Of a stretch of 64,000 nucleotides of DNA, positions 10,806-22,143 are shown in pieces. The notes under the pieces are model-generated. The model searched no databases, had not been told where the DNA came from, and was given only the letters and a program-made list of their open reading frames with translations. The position numbers and the translations under genes were made by a program. The stretch is from Amphiscolops sp. MND2022 (taxonomy: Eukaryota), in assembly GCA_964187785.1 (NCBI GenBank), contig OZ076418.1:41478001-41542000 (forward strand), given 5' to 3'. Numbering within the stretch: the stretch's first letter is position 1; each line of letters begins with the position of its first letter.

Positions 10806-13712
10806 AATTATTTCTTGTAATGGAGTATTAGTTTATCAGAGTTCGCCATTGCCACCATTTGCATGAATACTTTTTTCACTAATACCGTATTTATCAGGAA
10901 AGAAACAGCGGCTTTTCCGAATAAATAACGGAATAATTATAATTCTCAAGAATCTAAAAGGTTTCCCAAATTATTTAAACATCAGACTTCATCAGTCTGA
11001 TGTAAATTTCGTGTGGCCTCCTTCATGATCTTGGTATCACTTGAACTGATCTTTCAATTTTTTTCAACCAAAAAAGGACCAATTCTTTCAAACAGATAGT
11101 TTAAGGCAGATCTAAAACTTTAGCCCTGAAAAAAATGATTATTTTAGTATACAGTACAAAGACTACGAAATTATCATCCGTGATTTAAAAAAATCCATTC
11201 AGGTTTTCTATTCAACAGCTTCAAGAATTTCTGTATTCATAAAAATCTAAGTCTACTGCAAGCATTGATTTTTTAAATCACAAAAACAATCCACGATTTT
11301 TGAAAAGTCATGCTTGAAAGACTGAAAATGGACTTTTGCATGTGTTGAAGAAAAATGTAATCAACTGAGAGCCAATAAATGTATTATTATAGAGCGCGTC
11401 TTCAACAATGAAAGCACGGTAAATAAAGATGCAGTATCTTGTTGCGAATCTGTTTTTAGCCATGGACAACTTTTGACAATGCTTGCCTGTCGCTAGGGGG
11501 CGGTCTTCTGCAATCGGCGCGAAAGGGGTTGCTGGGGTCATCCTTAATCGAATTTTTGCTGTTTCGACTGAACAGTTTGTACAGAATGGCAGCTACAGTC
11601 AGGCTCCCAATTGAGTAGATCACGATCCGATAATTATCGAATGCAAGTTCTGAAGTAAAAAAAGAATGATAGATTCATTATGACATGTTGTTGACAATTG
11701 ATCAACAGTATTCGCATTCCGAACAATTTTGGGACACTTAATTTCTCCAGAATGCACGGTAACATTGGTCCCTAATAGCTGAAACTATTAAAAACTTTAA
11801 TTATACCAGAACTTGTCTCTAACTTCTTCAAAAAGCCGAAGTCAAGCAAAATTGAAGCAACCAATCAGCAAGGAGATAAAAGGATGAAAATTTCTTTTTC
11901 AAGTCCGTGTGAAGTGTAGTAACAATGAAGCGGCTCTTTTGCCTACAAGTTAGAAAACTAGATTTTCACCATGTGGATTTGACTATGATCACTTTCTAAC
12001 AATTCCTAAAACACTATTTTGTTGACTTCATATGAATGCATACAATCAGCTACCAATTAGAGCTATTTTCTTAAAACTTTTTCAGAATTTCCGCGGTGGT
12101 AAACGATGAAATTCCAATAAAGCAATATTAGTATTCCTAACGTCTGGCATTTCGACGTGTAGTCGCAAACAAAAATAGCAGACTTTGCTTCCAGACTTTA
12201 TCATAGAAATAATGAGAAAGATGAAACTTACTTTGTTCGTCGATCATCCATTCCAAAAGTTGATCTTTGATACTGTTCATGTCTTCTCGGTGACGCACAC
12301 GAACGAACAAGATGTTTCTTCTAATCAATCAGATATCATCCAAACTATAGCGGAATATGAAAAAGAAAAAAAACAAAAGCACTGTACACTTTGTCAATGA
12401 ATTTTACTAAGATGCTATAACTGTGACTCATCGTCACATGAAGATGAAAATTATTAATGAACTCTGAGAACTTTTTATGCAAGAAGTTCCTACTTTTATA
12501 ACACCGATTTTTTTACGGCTCGAAGTATCAAACTGTGTTTTTGAAAACTGATGTTTCACAAATCCGGAAAAATGTCGAATGCGGAAGATGGATCACAAAA
12601 CTGAAACAATCCAAAGGAATATTTGGTGATAATTGCGGAGAAGTCTCACAGTGCAGAAAGAATCCCAAGTTTTCCATCATAAAAGCAGTGACTAAAACCA
12701 TGTAATCCTCGGGAGAATTATTGAGCTGAAAATTGCTGGCGAATCGAATCCGTGCTAAGCAGATGCCAATTCCCGTTGAAAACTTTTTTTAGCTATATCT
12801 TCATAGAATGACAATTTGCTTCAAGTGAGAAAAGTTCATTCTAATGGTATTTCAAATGAAAGCGAACTACCAACCTCTTAAAGTCAATTTAGATACCTCC
12901 TATACATTATGAGTGAACTCTGTTGTCGAACTTTGACCTTTTACAGACAAAACGAACGCCTAAATCTTTGTTATCGGTTTCATGGCAGAAAGATTGTTCA
13001 AATTTGCCAACTTTGTTTTTAAATACACATGGAGCTTGATAATACACCACTGTATGACACAAACAGTTTAGAATGGTATCGAGTATAAACTGAATGAAAC
13101 TAGTTCATGTTGAAGCAAATAACGTGAAATTCGGGAAAGACAGGTCTAATTTATGATACACTATTTTACAAACAGAGCATTGATTTCTGATAAATTTACT
13201 TTGGAACTTTTATTTAGGTAAATGATGCGCCGACTAAAAAAGGAAAAACACTCTCATTGAATCAGTAGTAAGCTCTGCAACTCACTGTAATCAAATGAAG
13301 TTTGTCAATGCTTACCTGCTGCTCATGCCGTTTAATCAGACAAGTCTAAGCTTAAAAACTTCGGTTAACTTCTACTTTTTCATTTTGTTCAATCTTCCTC
13401 AATTTTACATAACTGTCAAATCACATTTACCAAACCACCTGTCTCTGGGGGGCTCTTTTTGCAATTGGCGCGGAAGGCACTACCACTATTATTTCAGAAT
13501 ACCTTGGCTATTTCGACTACTTAACAATTTGAACAAAACGACAGCTAGAGTCAAATTCCCAACTTAATGACTCGGCATACATCTGAAAAGACTGTTTGAC
13601 AATATACTCAGTGAACGCTTGAAAGCTAAGACAAACTCTACGACTTCGCAAGCTAGAAAAGATGTTAAACAATTAAAAATGTACAACAAGGTTGCCTATT
13701 TGAATATTAGTA

Positions 13713-14150
13713 TCAAGACGGAATCGTCTCAAGTCGGCGCCCCGCTTGAAGGCTCAAAAAAGCGCAAAGATTTTAAAATATGCTCAAGGCGTTTTTAAGG
13801 GAAATTTTATTTTAAAAAGTGCCAAAAATTCTTAAAGGGAGCTTTTCGTGCTTGGATAACGCTTTTCTCTTAACAGAAAACATCAATAAAAAGCAAAACT
13901 GACGAAAATTTTTTATTGAAAGTTTTTTTCGAAAAAAAACTACGGGGCAGCCTTCGGTCCCATATTGTATATCGAGGATGCAGCAAAATTATGAAATACA
14001 CGAAGGGAGTACTATTTGGCCTCATTGGGTACCTTTTTGAACTTTGGCGTAAAAGTTTGCAAAAGTGGACCGTTTTATGTAAGGTCTGTGATCTGACCAA
14101 AAAACCACTCTAAGAGTCGGGCACTTCTTGTTACAAAAAGCGCCGACTAA
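13713..14150 (+). mobile_element. Helentron/HINE-like dispersed repeat, copy 2
   Basis: AAGACGGAATCGTCTCAAGTCGGCGC at the 5' end and AGTCGGGC...AAAAGCGCCGACTAA at the 3' end. Confidence 0.5.
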
Positions 14151-14314
14151 TAATTTAGGGGAATGTATCAAACTTCTTTGAACCTTCCGCGTTAATTTGG
14201 ACCTAAAATGTCTTTTCCTCTATCTAGTCGATCGAAGCTTTTGAAAAATCAAAACTCAAGTTAAGTTTGATAACGTGATTCATTAAGAAATCCTTTAGCT
14301 TCACTTGAAGAATT

Positions 14315-14566
14315 AGTAGTGTAAATACCAGGAAGGACAGATCACTTTTTGCGCTTTGAGCCAAAAAGGCCCGCCGGCCTTTCAACAGGGGGGGTCCTTG
14401 CGGTCCAATTTTTAGGACCCTTCATAAAAGGAAGCTGGGTGGTGTCCAAATTTGAGGACCTCCATATTTGACTTTAATTTTAGCAGAGCTTATGCGAGCC
14501 ATATGTTTCCTTTGCGTGAGTTGAATTCTCAAGTGGTTTTTGTTTACAATTGTCAAGTGGTTTTGA
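14315..14566 (+). repeat. Left terminal inverted repeat of Polinton 2
   Basis: Near-perfect reverse complement of 28727-28981, differing in a G/C run length and a few bases. Confidence 0.95.
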
Positions 14567-15689
14567 TTTGTGTGTCAATATTGTGTGTCTGCCGTCTTGA
14601 GTTGAATGAAAAGCGGTGGCCAATTTTCTTTGATTGGGGATCCCACCCGATTTTCTTGTCAGAGCAGAATACCAAAAGAAATGTTCCGTCAATATGCAGG
14701 CAATTTAGCGAAAACTTCCAATTACCAGCAACCGGTTCGAGATACAGACTCCATTTTCTCCTTATTTCTCTGGACTGCAACAACTTGGTAAGTTCAAAAT
14801 TTCTTGTTCAAATATGAATATCTACTTCTCATTTTCAAAACTTCGAAATTTACTTCACAATTGACCGGGAAAGTGAATTCAGTTTTCAATAGGAATTTGA
14901 ACCATTGTTTCAAAATAGTGATAATGTGAGCTGTTTCAGTTAAACCAGCAAAAACTATCTATTGATGAAAAAGATCGACAATCAGTGGGGTGTCTATTCC
15001 AGAACCTTTTTACGAGCAGTCATTGGAATCTGAAGTTGAAACTGTAAAAATGGTAAGTGTTATCAATTTTAATTTTATGTCTCTATTACACTCTATTTAA
15101 CCAGATAACCACCTAACAAACAGATCACTGTCATTTTGTTAGACTTTCAAACCTTTTGTGTTTAGATCGTGTTTTCACATGGCGTGACATCATTCCGAAC
15201 GATGAAAGTGAAACAGTGCAATCAGCAAGTTCGAGTAGTGGTAGTCAACACCCGAATAGTATCATTCCAACACCACAGATGAGTTTAAAATGAATACAGC
15301 TCTATCTAGTAGACTCTCTTCTTTCAACTCAAAACCTTCTTCATAACAATTCAATCCCACACATTCAAACATCAGGAATTTGAAAACTATACTTTTTACG
15401 TTAATTGTGATATCAATATACATTTCACAAAGATAATGAAGAACATACTGCTCGATTAAAAATTTGATGACGCCTCCTTTTTTTTGAAATTTCAGTATCT
15501 CTAACTATTAATTTTGACCAATACAATAGGGAACATTCTACGTCTGATTGGAAAATCGTTGATATATCCGGCTTTTTACCTATGTTTGTGTCTTTATCTC
15601 TCGAAAGTATCAAGATCCATTGCTAGGGAGAACTTGTCTAACGATTGAAAAATTCTTTATATCCGGCAATTTACCAGCATTTGTGCCTT

Positions 15690-17384
15690 AAACTCTCAAA
15701 ATGGCTTACTGTAGTGTACTTCCATTGGGGATAAGTTCTGTTGGTTTGAAAAATTGTTGAATATTTCCAGCATTTTTGCTTTTTAAATCTCTTAAACTCT
15801 CAAAATGGCTTACTTTGGTGTACTTCCATTGGGGATAAGTTCTGTTGGTTTGAAAAATTGTTGAATATTTCCCGCATTTTTGCTTTTTAAATCTCTTAAA
15901 CTCTCAAAATGGCTTACTTTGGTGTACTTCCATTGGGGATAAGTTCTGTCGGTTTGAAAAATTGTTGATTATTTCCAGCATTTTTGCTTTTTAAATGTCT
16001 GAAACTCTAAAAATGGATGACTTTTGTGTACTTCCATTGGGGATAAGTTCTGTCGGTTTGAAAAATTGTTGAATATTTCCAGCATTTTTGCTTTTTAAAT
16101 GTCTTAAACTCTAAAAATGGATGACTTTAGTGTACTTCCATTGGGGATAAGTTCTGTCGGTTTGAAAAATTGTTGAATATTTCCAGCATTTTTGCTTTTT
16201 AAATGTCTGAAACTCTAAAAATGGATGACTTTAGTGTAGTTCCATTGGGGATAAGTTCTGTCGGTTTGAAAAATTGTTGAATATTTCCAGCATTTTTGCT
16301 TTTTAAATGTCTTAAACTCTCAAAATGGCTTACTTTAGTGTACTTCCATTGGGGATAAGTTCTGTTGGTTTGAAAAATTGTTGAATATTTCCAGCATTTT
16401 TGCTTTTTAAATGTCTTAAACTCTCAAAATGGCTTACTTTAGTGTACTTCCATTGGGGATAAGTTCTGTCGGTTTGAAAAATTGTTGATTATTTCCAGCA
16501 TTTTTGCTTTTTAAATGTCTGAAACTCTAAAAATGGCTTACTTTAGTGTACTTCCATTGGGGATAAGTTCTGTCGGTTTGAAAAATTGTTGAATATTTCC
16601 AGCATTTTTGCTTTTTAAATGTCTTAAACTCTAAAAATGGATGACTTTAGTGTACTTCCATTGGGGATAAGTTCTGTCGGTTTGAAAAATTGTTGAATAT
16701 TTCCAGCATTTTTGCTTTTTAAATGTCTGAAACTCTAAAAATGGATGACTTTAGTGTAGTTCCATTGGGGATAAGTTCTGTCGGTTTGAAAAATTGTTGA
16801 ATATTTCCAGCATTTTTGCTTTTTAAATGTCTTAAACTCTCAAAATGGCTTACTTTAGTGTACTTCCATTGGGGATAAGTTCTGTTGGTTTGAAAAATTG
16901 TTGAATATTTCCAGCATTTTTGCTTTTTAAATGTCTTAAACTCTCAAAATGGCTTACTTTGGTGTACTTCCATTGGGGATAAGTTCTGTCGGTTTGAAAA
17001 ATTGTTGAATATTTCCAGCATTTTTGCTTTTTAAATCTCTTAAACTCTCAAAATGGCTTACTTTAGTGTACTTCCATTGGGGATAAGTTCTGTCGGTTTG
17101 AAAAATTGTTGAATATTTCCAGCATTTTTGCTTTTTAAATGTCTTAAACTCTAAAAATGGATGACTTTAGTGTACTTCCATTGGGGATAAGTTCTGTCGG
17201 TTTGAAAAATTGTTGAATATTTCCAGCATTTTTGCTTTTTAAATGTCTCAAACTCTCAAATTGGCTGACTTTAGTGTAGTTCCATAGGGGATAATTTCTG
17301 TCGATTTGCAAAATTGTTGAATATTTCCAGCGTTTTTGCTTTTTAAATGTCTTAAACTCTCAAAATGGCTTACTTTGGTGTACT
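15690..17384. repeat. 104-bp tandem array (~16 units), family A, young
   Basis: Unit GTGTACTTCCATTGGGGATAAGTTCTGTCGGTTTGAAAAATTGTTGAATATTTCCAGC... with period 104 (e.g. 15721, 15825). Two sub-variants (ATGGCTTAC / ATGGATGAC) alternate. Confidence 0.97.
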
Positions 17385-17489
17385 CTTGAACAATGTACTC
17401 TCCTGTACTTCCGTTTTTGTCGATTATTCTTCCGGTTCCATTTGCAAATTTTGTATTTCTCTCATTTGCTATTTGGTAATTTCACTACT

Positions 17490-17561
17490 CCCATGATGTA
17501 GACACAATGTACTGGGTAAGACGGGCCTAACCCAGCCTGCACAGTACGAGTGTCTACTGGG
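17490..17561. other. Nested-stem hairpin, copy 1 (duplicated at 19244-19315)
   Basis: CCCA/TGGG, GTAGACAC/GTGTCTAC, GTACTG/CAGTAC and GGT/ACC complementary pairs nested in order. Confidence 0.6.
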
Positions 17562-17696
17562 GTCTTAGTATTGGTTAACCTCTCTTGAAGCAGTTAGACC
17601 GTTACAGCTCTACTCTTCAAGAATCGGGTTGAGGTTAACCCAAGACTTCAGTAGGCACTCAAAATCTCTTGCACAAGTACTGATTTGATTCGGTTC

Positions 17697-17830
17697 AAAT
17701 CTTAACTTTCCTTCCACCTTTCAATACCTCAACACCGACTATATGGCGGTATGACCTGTAAATCTTTACTTTCCTTCCACCTTTCAACAGCTCAACACCG
17801 ACTATATGGCGGGCGGTATCACCTGTAAAT
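17697..17830. repeat. ~63-bp direct repeat, 2 copies
   Basis: AAATCTT(A/T)ACTTTCCTTCCACCTTTCAA...CTCAACACCGACTATATGGCGG at 17697 and 17760. Confidence 0.9.
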
Positions 17831-18364
17831 TGTGCAATTTTTCTACGTTGCGTGGAATTACTGCAATATTGTTTCAATTGTACTTGAAATTAACCAGCTT
17901 GTTCCGTCCTCTTTTTTACTTCTGACTTCTCTTTTTTTTTGTCTTGGAAATAGTTTCTCTGGCTGTCATTTTTTCGCTTGTGAAAGGCTGAGAACCAGAA
18001 CTCCTAGTATTCAACAGGTTCTTAGAGTATTGTACAAGCGCTTTGGAATAGATACTACTATGAAAGTTGATAATTTGATCAAGAAACAAACCTGTGTGCT
18101 CTATGAAGTTCAAAAAATTGGTGGTCTTTTATTAACTTTTTTCTCGTAATTTAGGCTCTATAATCCGGGGAGACTCATTAACTTTCCTATTGAATCTGTC
18201 TTCACCTGCGGACACGCAACTAGCATTCTTAGCTTTTCACAGCTTTGTGGAGTATCGTACACGCGCTTTGGATTAGACGATACTTTGAGCTTTATTGTTT
18301 TTTTTTGGTATTTGAGAGAGCTTGAGAGATGGGAAATTGTTTTTTTTTCTTTTTGTCTTATGCC

Positions 18365-19235
18365 CAGTGTACTTCCAAAGGGGATAAGTTCCATCAGTTG
18401 GAAAAGTTGTTGAATCTTTCCAGCATTTTTGCTTTTTAAATCTCTTAAACTCTCAAAATGGCTTACTTTGGTGTACTTCCATAGGGGATAAGTTCTGTCG
18501 GTTTGAAAAATTGTTGATTATGTCCAACACTTTAGCTTTTTAAATGTCTTGGCATTCTAACATGGTTTTGTCTTCATCTCCTGAAATTTTTAGTTTCATG
18601 ATCCATTACTAGGGAAGAACTCATGTTCGATTGAAAATCCTTCTTAAAATCCGGCGTTTTACCATTGTTGGTGTCGTTATCTCTCAAAATGGTTTTCTTT
18701 CAAGATCTATTGAAAGGAGACAACTTATGTCCGAATGAAAACTCCTTTATATCCGAAATTTTACCAAGGTTTGCGTCTTTAACTCTGGAATTGGTTACTT
18801 TAAATTTTCAGTGAGGGGAGAACTAATGTCAGAATGATAAATGGTTGTCTATAACCGACATTTCACCAATGTTCGTGTCTTAATCTCTCGAAATGTTTAG
18901 ATTCAAGATCCATAGCTTGGGGAGAACGTATTACCGATTGGAAAATCGTTGGTATGAATCGTCTTTTCACCATTGTTGGTGTCTCCAACATGCAAAATCG
19001 TTACTTTCAACATATATTGATTGGAGAAAATGTATGATCGATTGAAACTTGTTGATTATAAGCGGCATTTTACTAATGTTAGTGTCTTCAACTCAAAAAT
19101 GGCTGCTTCTAGTAACTATTGATGGGGGATTAACTTATGTCTCATTGAAAAACTGTTGGATGTTACCAGTATTTTCGTCGTTTTTGCCTCTTTTGTATTA
19201 GTGAATCTACTCTGTCCGATTGAAAACTGGATAAT
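18365..19235. repeat. Second family-A array: ~1.7 young units followed by diverged ~104-bp units
   Basis: 18365-18545 matches the young unit. Downstream units retain GGGAGAACT..TGT.CGATTGAAAA and CTCTCAAAATGG-like motifs at about 104-bp spacing. Confidence 0.75.
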
Positions 19236-19243
19236 TATCTCCT

Positions 19244-19315
19244 CCCATTTTGTAGTCACAATGTACTGGGTAAGACGGGCCTAACCCAGCCTGCACAGTA
19301 CGAGTGTCTACTGGG
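19244..19315. other. Nested-stem hairpin, copy 2
   Basis: Core is identical to copy 1 except GTAGTCAC, one mismatch in the outer stem. Confidence 0.6.
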
Positions 19316-19869
19316 GTCAAAGTATTGGTTAACTTCTCTTGGAGTAGGTAGATCGTTACAGCTCTGCTCTTCAACGGTTGGGTTGAAGTTAACCAAGGAC
19401 CCCAATGGACACTCATTTCCATTATTACAACCCAAATTAGGTTCATTCGCCTTCAGTTGTTTTAGAATCTCCCTTTTATTTCTGGTTCTCTTGACCTTTT
19501 GCATTCCCAACCGCACCTCTCATCCCAATTTTATCAGCACCTAGAAGATTCCAGTGCTTTTGAGACCAACAGGAACGGCTCCATTTCCACGTTTTTTAAT
19601 CCTCTCCTGAGGAATACTGAAGGGATGAAACTAACTTTTTGATCGTCTTGGTCGAAAGTTTTTTGGTTACCACCTTACCTTTTTCAGGACCTTTTCAATG
19701 TTTTTTTTTGTAAACGTGACATGAATGATACTCTCATTCTTGATGTTTCCACGTGCCATTGTAGGAATGTTTCAACATTTGACTTTTGATCAAGAATCTG
19801 ATTTTTTCAGAAAGGTTGGTAATAGATTTCACTGTGATTGTATCCATGTTGTGAGATATTTCCTCACCT

Positions 19870-20397
19870 CACCTCACCTCCTTAAGTCTCGCAAATGAGT
19901 CTGATGTGCTGTAAAAAGGTTTTGGAATAGATATCACTGTGATTGTTGATGTTTTCAAGTGCTGAGCTGTTTCCATTCCTCGCCTCCTTAAGTCTCGCAA
20001 ATGAGTCTGATGTGCTGTAAAAAAGGTTTTGGAATAGATATCACTGTGATTGTTGATGTTTTCAAGTGCTGAGCTGTTTCCATTCCTCGCTTCCTTAAGT
20101 CTCGCAAATGAGTCTGATGTGCTGTAAAAAGTTTTGGAATAGATATCACTGTGATTGTTGATGTTTTCAAGTGCTGAGCTGTTTCCATTCCTCGCTTCCT
20201 TAAGTCTCGCAAATGAGTCTGATGTGCTGTAAAAAGTTTTGGAATAGATATCACTGTGATTGTTGATGTTTTCAAGTGCTGAGCTGTTTCCATTCCTCGC
20301 CTCCTTAAGTCTCGCAAATGAGTCTGATTTGCTGTAAAAAGGTTTTGGAATAGATTTCACTGTGATTGTTGATGTTTTCAAGTGCTGAGCTGTTTCA
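19870..20397 (-). repeat. 105-107-bp tandem array (~5 units), family C
   Basis: GTCTCGCAAATGAGTCTGAT at 19886, 19992, 20099, 20204, 20309. The 105-bp units are stop-free in two minus-strand frames (35-aa repeats). Confidence 0.95.
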
Positions 20398-21269
20398 AAC
20401 ACCTCAGCGCTTGATCTCCTTGACCTTGGTAAAGTGTCGTAAAAAGGCTTTGGAATAGTACTAAGATCTTTAAATACATTGGTATTCTCTCTTCTTGGCT
20501 TCGAATAGGTTTGTAGCGTGTTGTAAAACACTATGTAATAGGTATTACACTGGATATGGATCTTTTTGAGTACTAAGCAATATTCCAATTTTATGTTTTT
20601 TTTTGTTCTGACTAAATCTCTGTTGTTTAGTTGTTTATATTCTGCATTTCACCATTGTTGGCGTCTTCGATTCGAAAGTGGTTACTTTTGAGATGAAATG
20701 ATAGGTGAGAACTTTTTTCCAATCGAATAAGTGTTAATTTCAACTTGGGGAGAAGTTACGTCCGATCGAAAAGTTTTTGGAATATATACCGTACTTTACC
20801 ATTGTTAGTGTCTTTGAATCACATGGTTACTTGTAAGATCTATAGTGAGAAGAACTCATGTCCGTTTGGGAAAAATTGTTTTTTATTTCCGGCTTTTCAC
20901 CTTTGTTAGTGACTGCATACTTATTTCCTCCCAGTAGCTTACTTTTTTATCGATGTCGGTCGAAATGGAATAGGTTTCATTCGAATTGTTGATGGTTTCG
21001 CATACCACAGTCTCTGATTCACTCAAGTATCGGAATATTTTCAGCAAAACGAGCCGTTTTAGAGTCAGTTTTAATTTCAGTGACAATTCTTGAACCGTTT
21101 TCGGGAAGGATCAGTTTTGTGTTCAGTGATAATACCAGACTGACTACAGGAGTGTTGTGGAAACATTTCGGAATAGATTTTACCAACGTTGTTGGTTTCA
21201 ACTACTAAAGATTTTCGAAATTTAATTGTTTCGGGTATCAAAGAGGTGGTCCTATTCACTTAATAATCC

Positions 21270-21560
21270 AGTTTATTTTTTCAGCATTGCCTTCCATGTA
21301 AATCGAGACGGTTAGAAGGTATAGGTTCCCAATCTAAATCGTTTGTGCTAGTCTTCAGAGGTTTTCAAAAACATCAGCCAGACTAGAAACATCCAGCTAG
21401 AGATATCAATCAGGATACTGTTACAAATGTATTTGGCTCCTGATTTTCCTACCACTTTGATATTCCCTACAAATTGTTTGAAAAGCTAAATAACTACCAG
21501 TTTCTGATATGATATTCTCTTTATGGAAATAGACTAGAATATTATCTGAATGATTTGAGG
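21270..21560 (-). pseudogene. Decayed fragment of a second pPolB gene inside Polinton 2
   Basis: Minus strand reads QIH-L*QYPD*YL*LDVSSLADVFEN ... TWKAMLK, aligning to QIHNLGEYHDIYLRVDVTTLADVFEN ... AWNAMLK of the intact polymerase, with stops and frameshifts. Confidence 0.75.
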
Positions 21561-22143
21561 TTCAAAACATATGGCTATTTGCTGGATTAGAAAGACAGTA
21601 TTCTACTATTTTCACTATACTATTGACTTGAAACTATGTTATTCTTGTGTGTGTGGGATTGATATTGATATTAAATTTGTCGTAGTGACATCAATTTTAA
21701 TTTAAAAAAATTTGAACTTTCCTTTTTTCATTATAAAGCAGTTTGAGTTTGTAACAGAATACCGAAGAAATAGTTTGAGAAATCTAGTATCGAGCAAATA
21801 AAATTCATCAAGTTTTAAGATCATTTACCAGAATTCAAGTTATTCCATGTGTATGTGTGTTTGGGTTGAGTTTATAGTATTCTTCTTGTTACTGAATTTT
21901 AGAAAAGATTAATACAATTGCAAAACTTTCACAACGAATTTTTGTTGTTTGATTCAAAGACTCAATAGCTGAAGGAAAATATCTATTGCAAAGATTTAGC
22001 AGATGTTCATTTTGGAATTTAAACGCTTGTGATTAGTAACTTAGAGTAAACTCAATCGAGCTCCGCTGGAAGAAAAGCCAAGTCAAATCCGAAAACATTT
22101 ATTTCACCAAAATTGTGGATAGAATTTGATATAAATGCATCAT

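Noticed and set aside
11308-12720. Protein-like short minus-strand ORFs (11308-11541, 12137-12328)
   Set aside because: May be exons of an unrecognised gene, but I found no motif or consistent splice model.
14606-15293. Possible plus-strand spliced gene near the left TIR (GTAAGT donors at ~14788 and ~15053)
   Set aside because: Could not assemble a phase-consistent ORF.
15690-17384. 104-bp array as a CRISPR array
   Set aside because: Whole units repeat with no unique spacers; no cas genes; eukaryotic context.
15690-17384. Array as repeated micro-exon plus intron (minus-strand GTAAGC...GACAG, 76+28 nt)
   Set aside because: A 28-nt exon breaks frame, one frame hits TAA, and the donor is lost in ATGGATGAC-type and diverged units.
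17490-17561. Hairpin as hammerhead ribozyme, tRNA or Pol III VA-like RNA
   Set aside because: No CUGAnGA/GAAA core, no cloverleaf and no clear A/B boxes on either strand.
19869-20588. 239-aa and 109-aa repeat ORFs as real genes
   Set aside because: Unit length varies (105/106/107), so the peptide switches frame between units; openness may be incidental.
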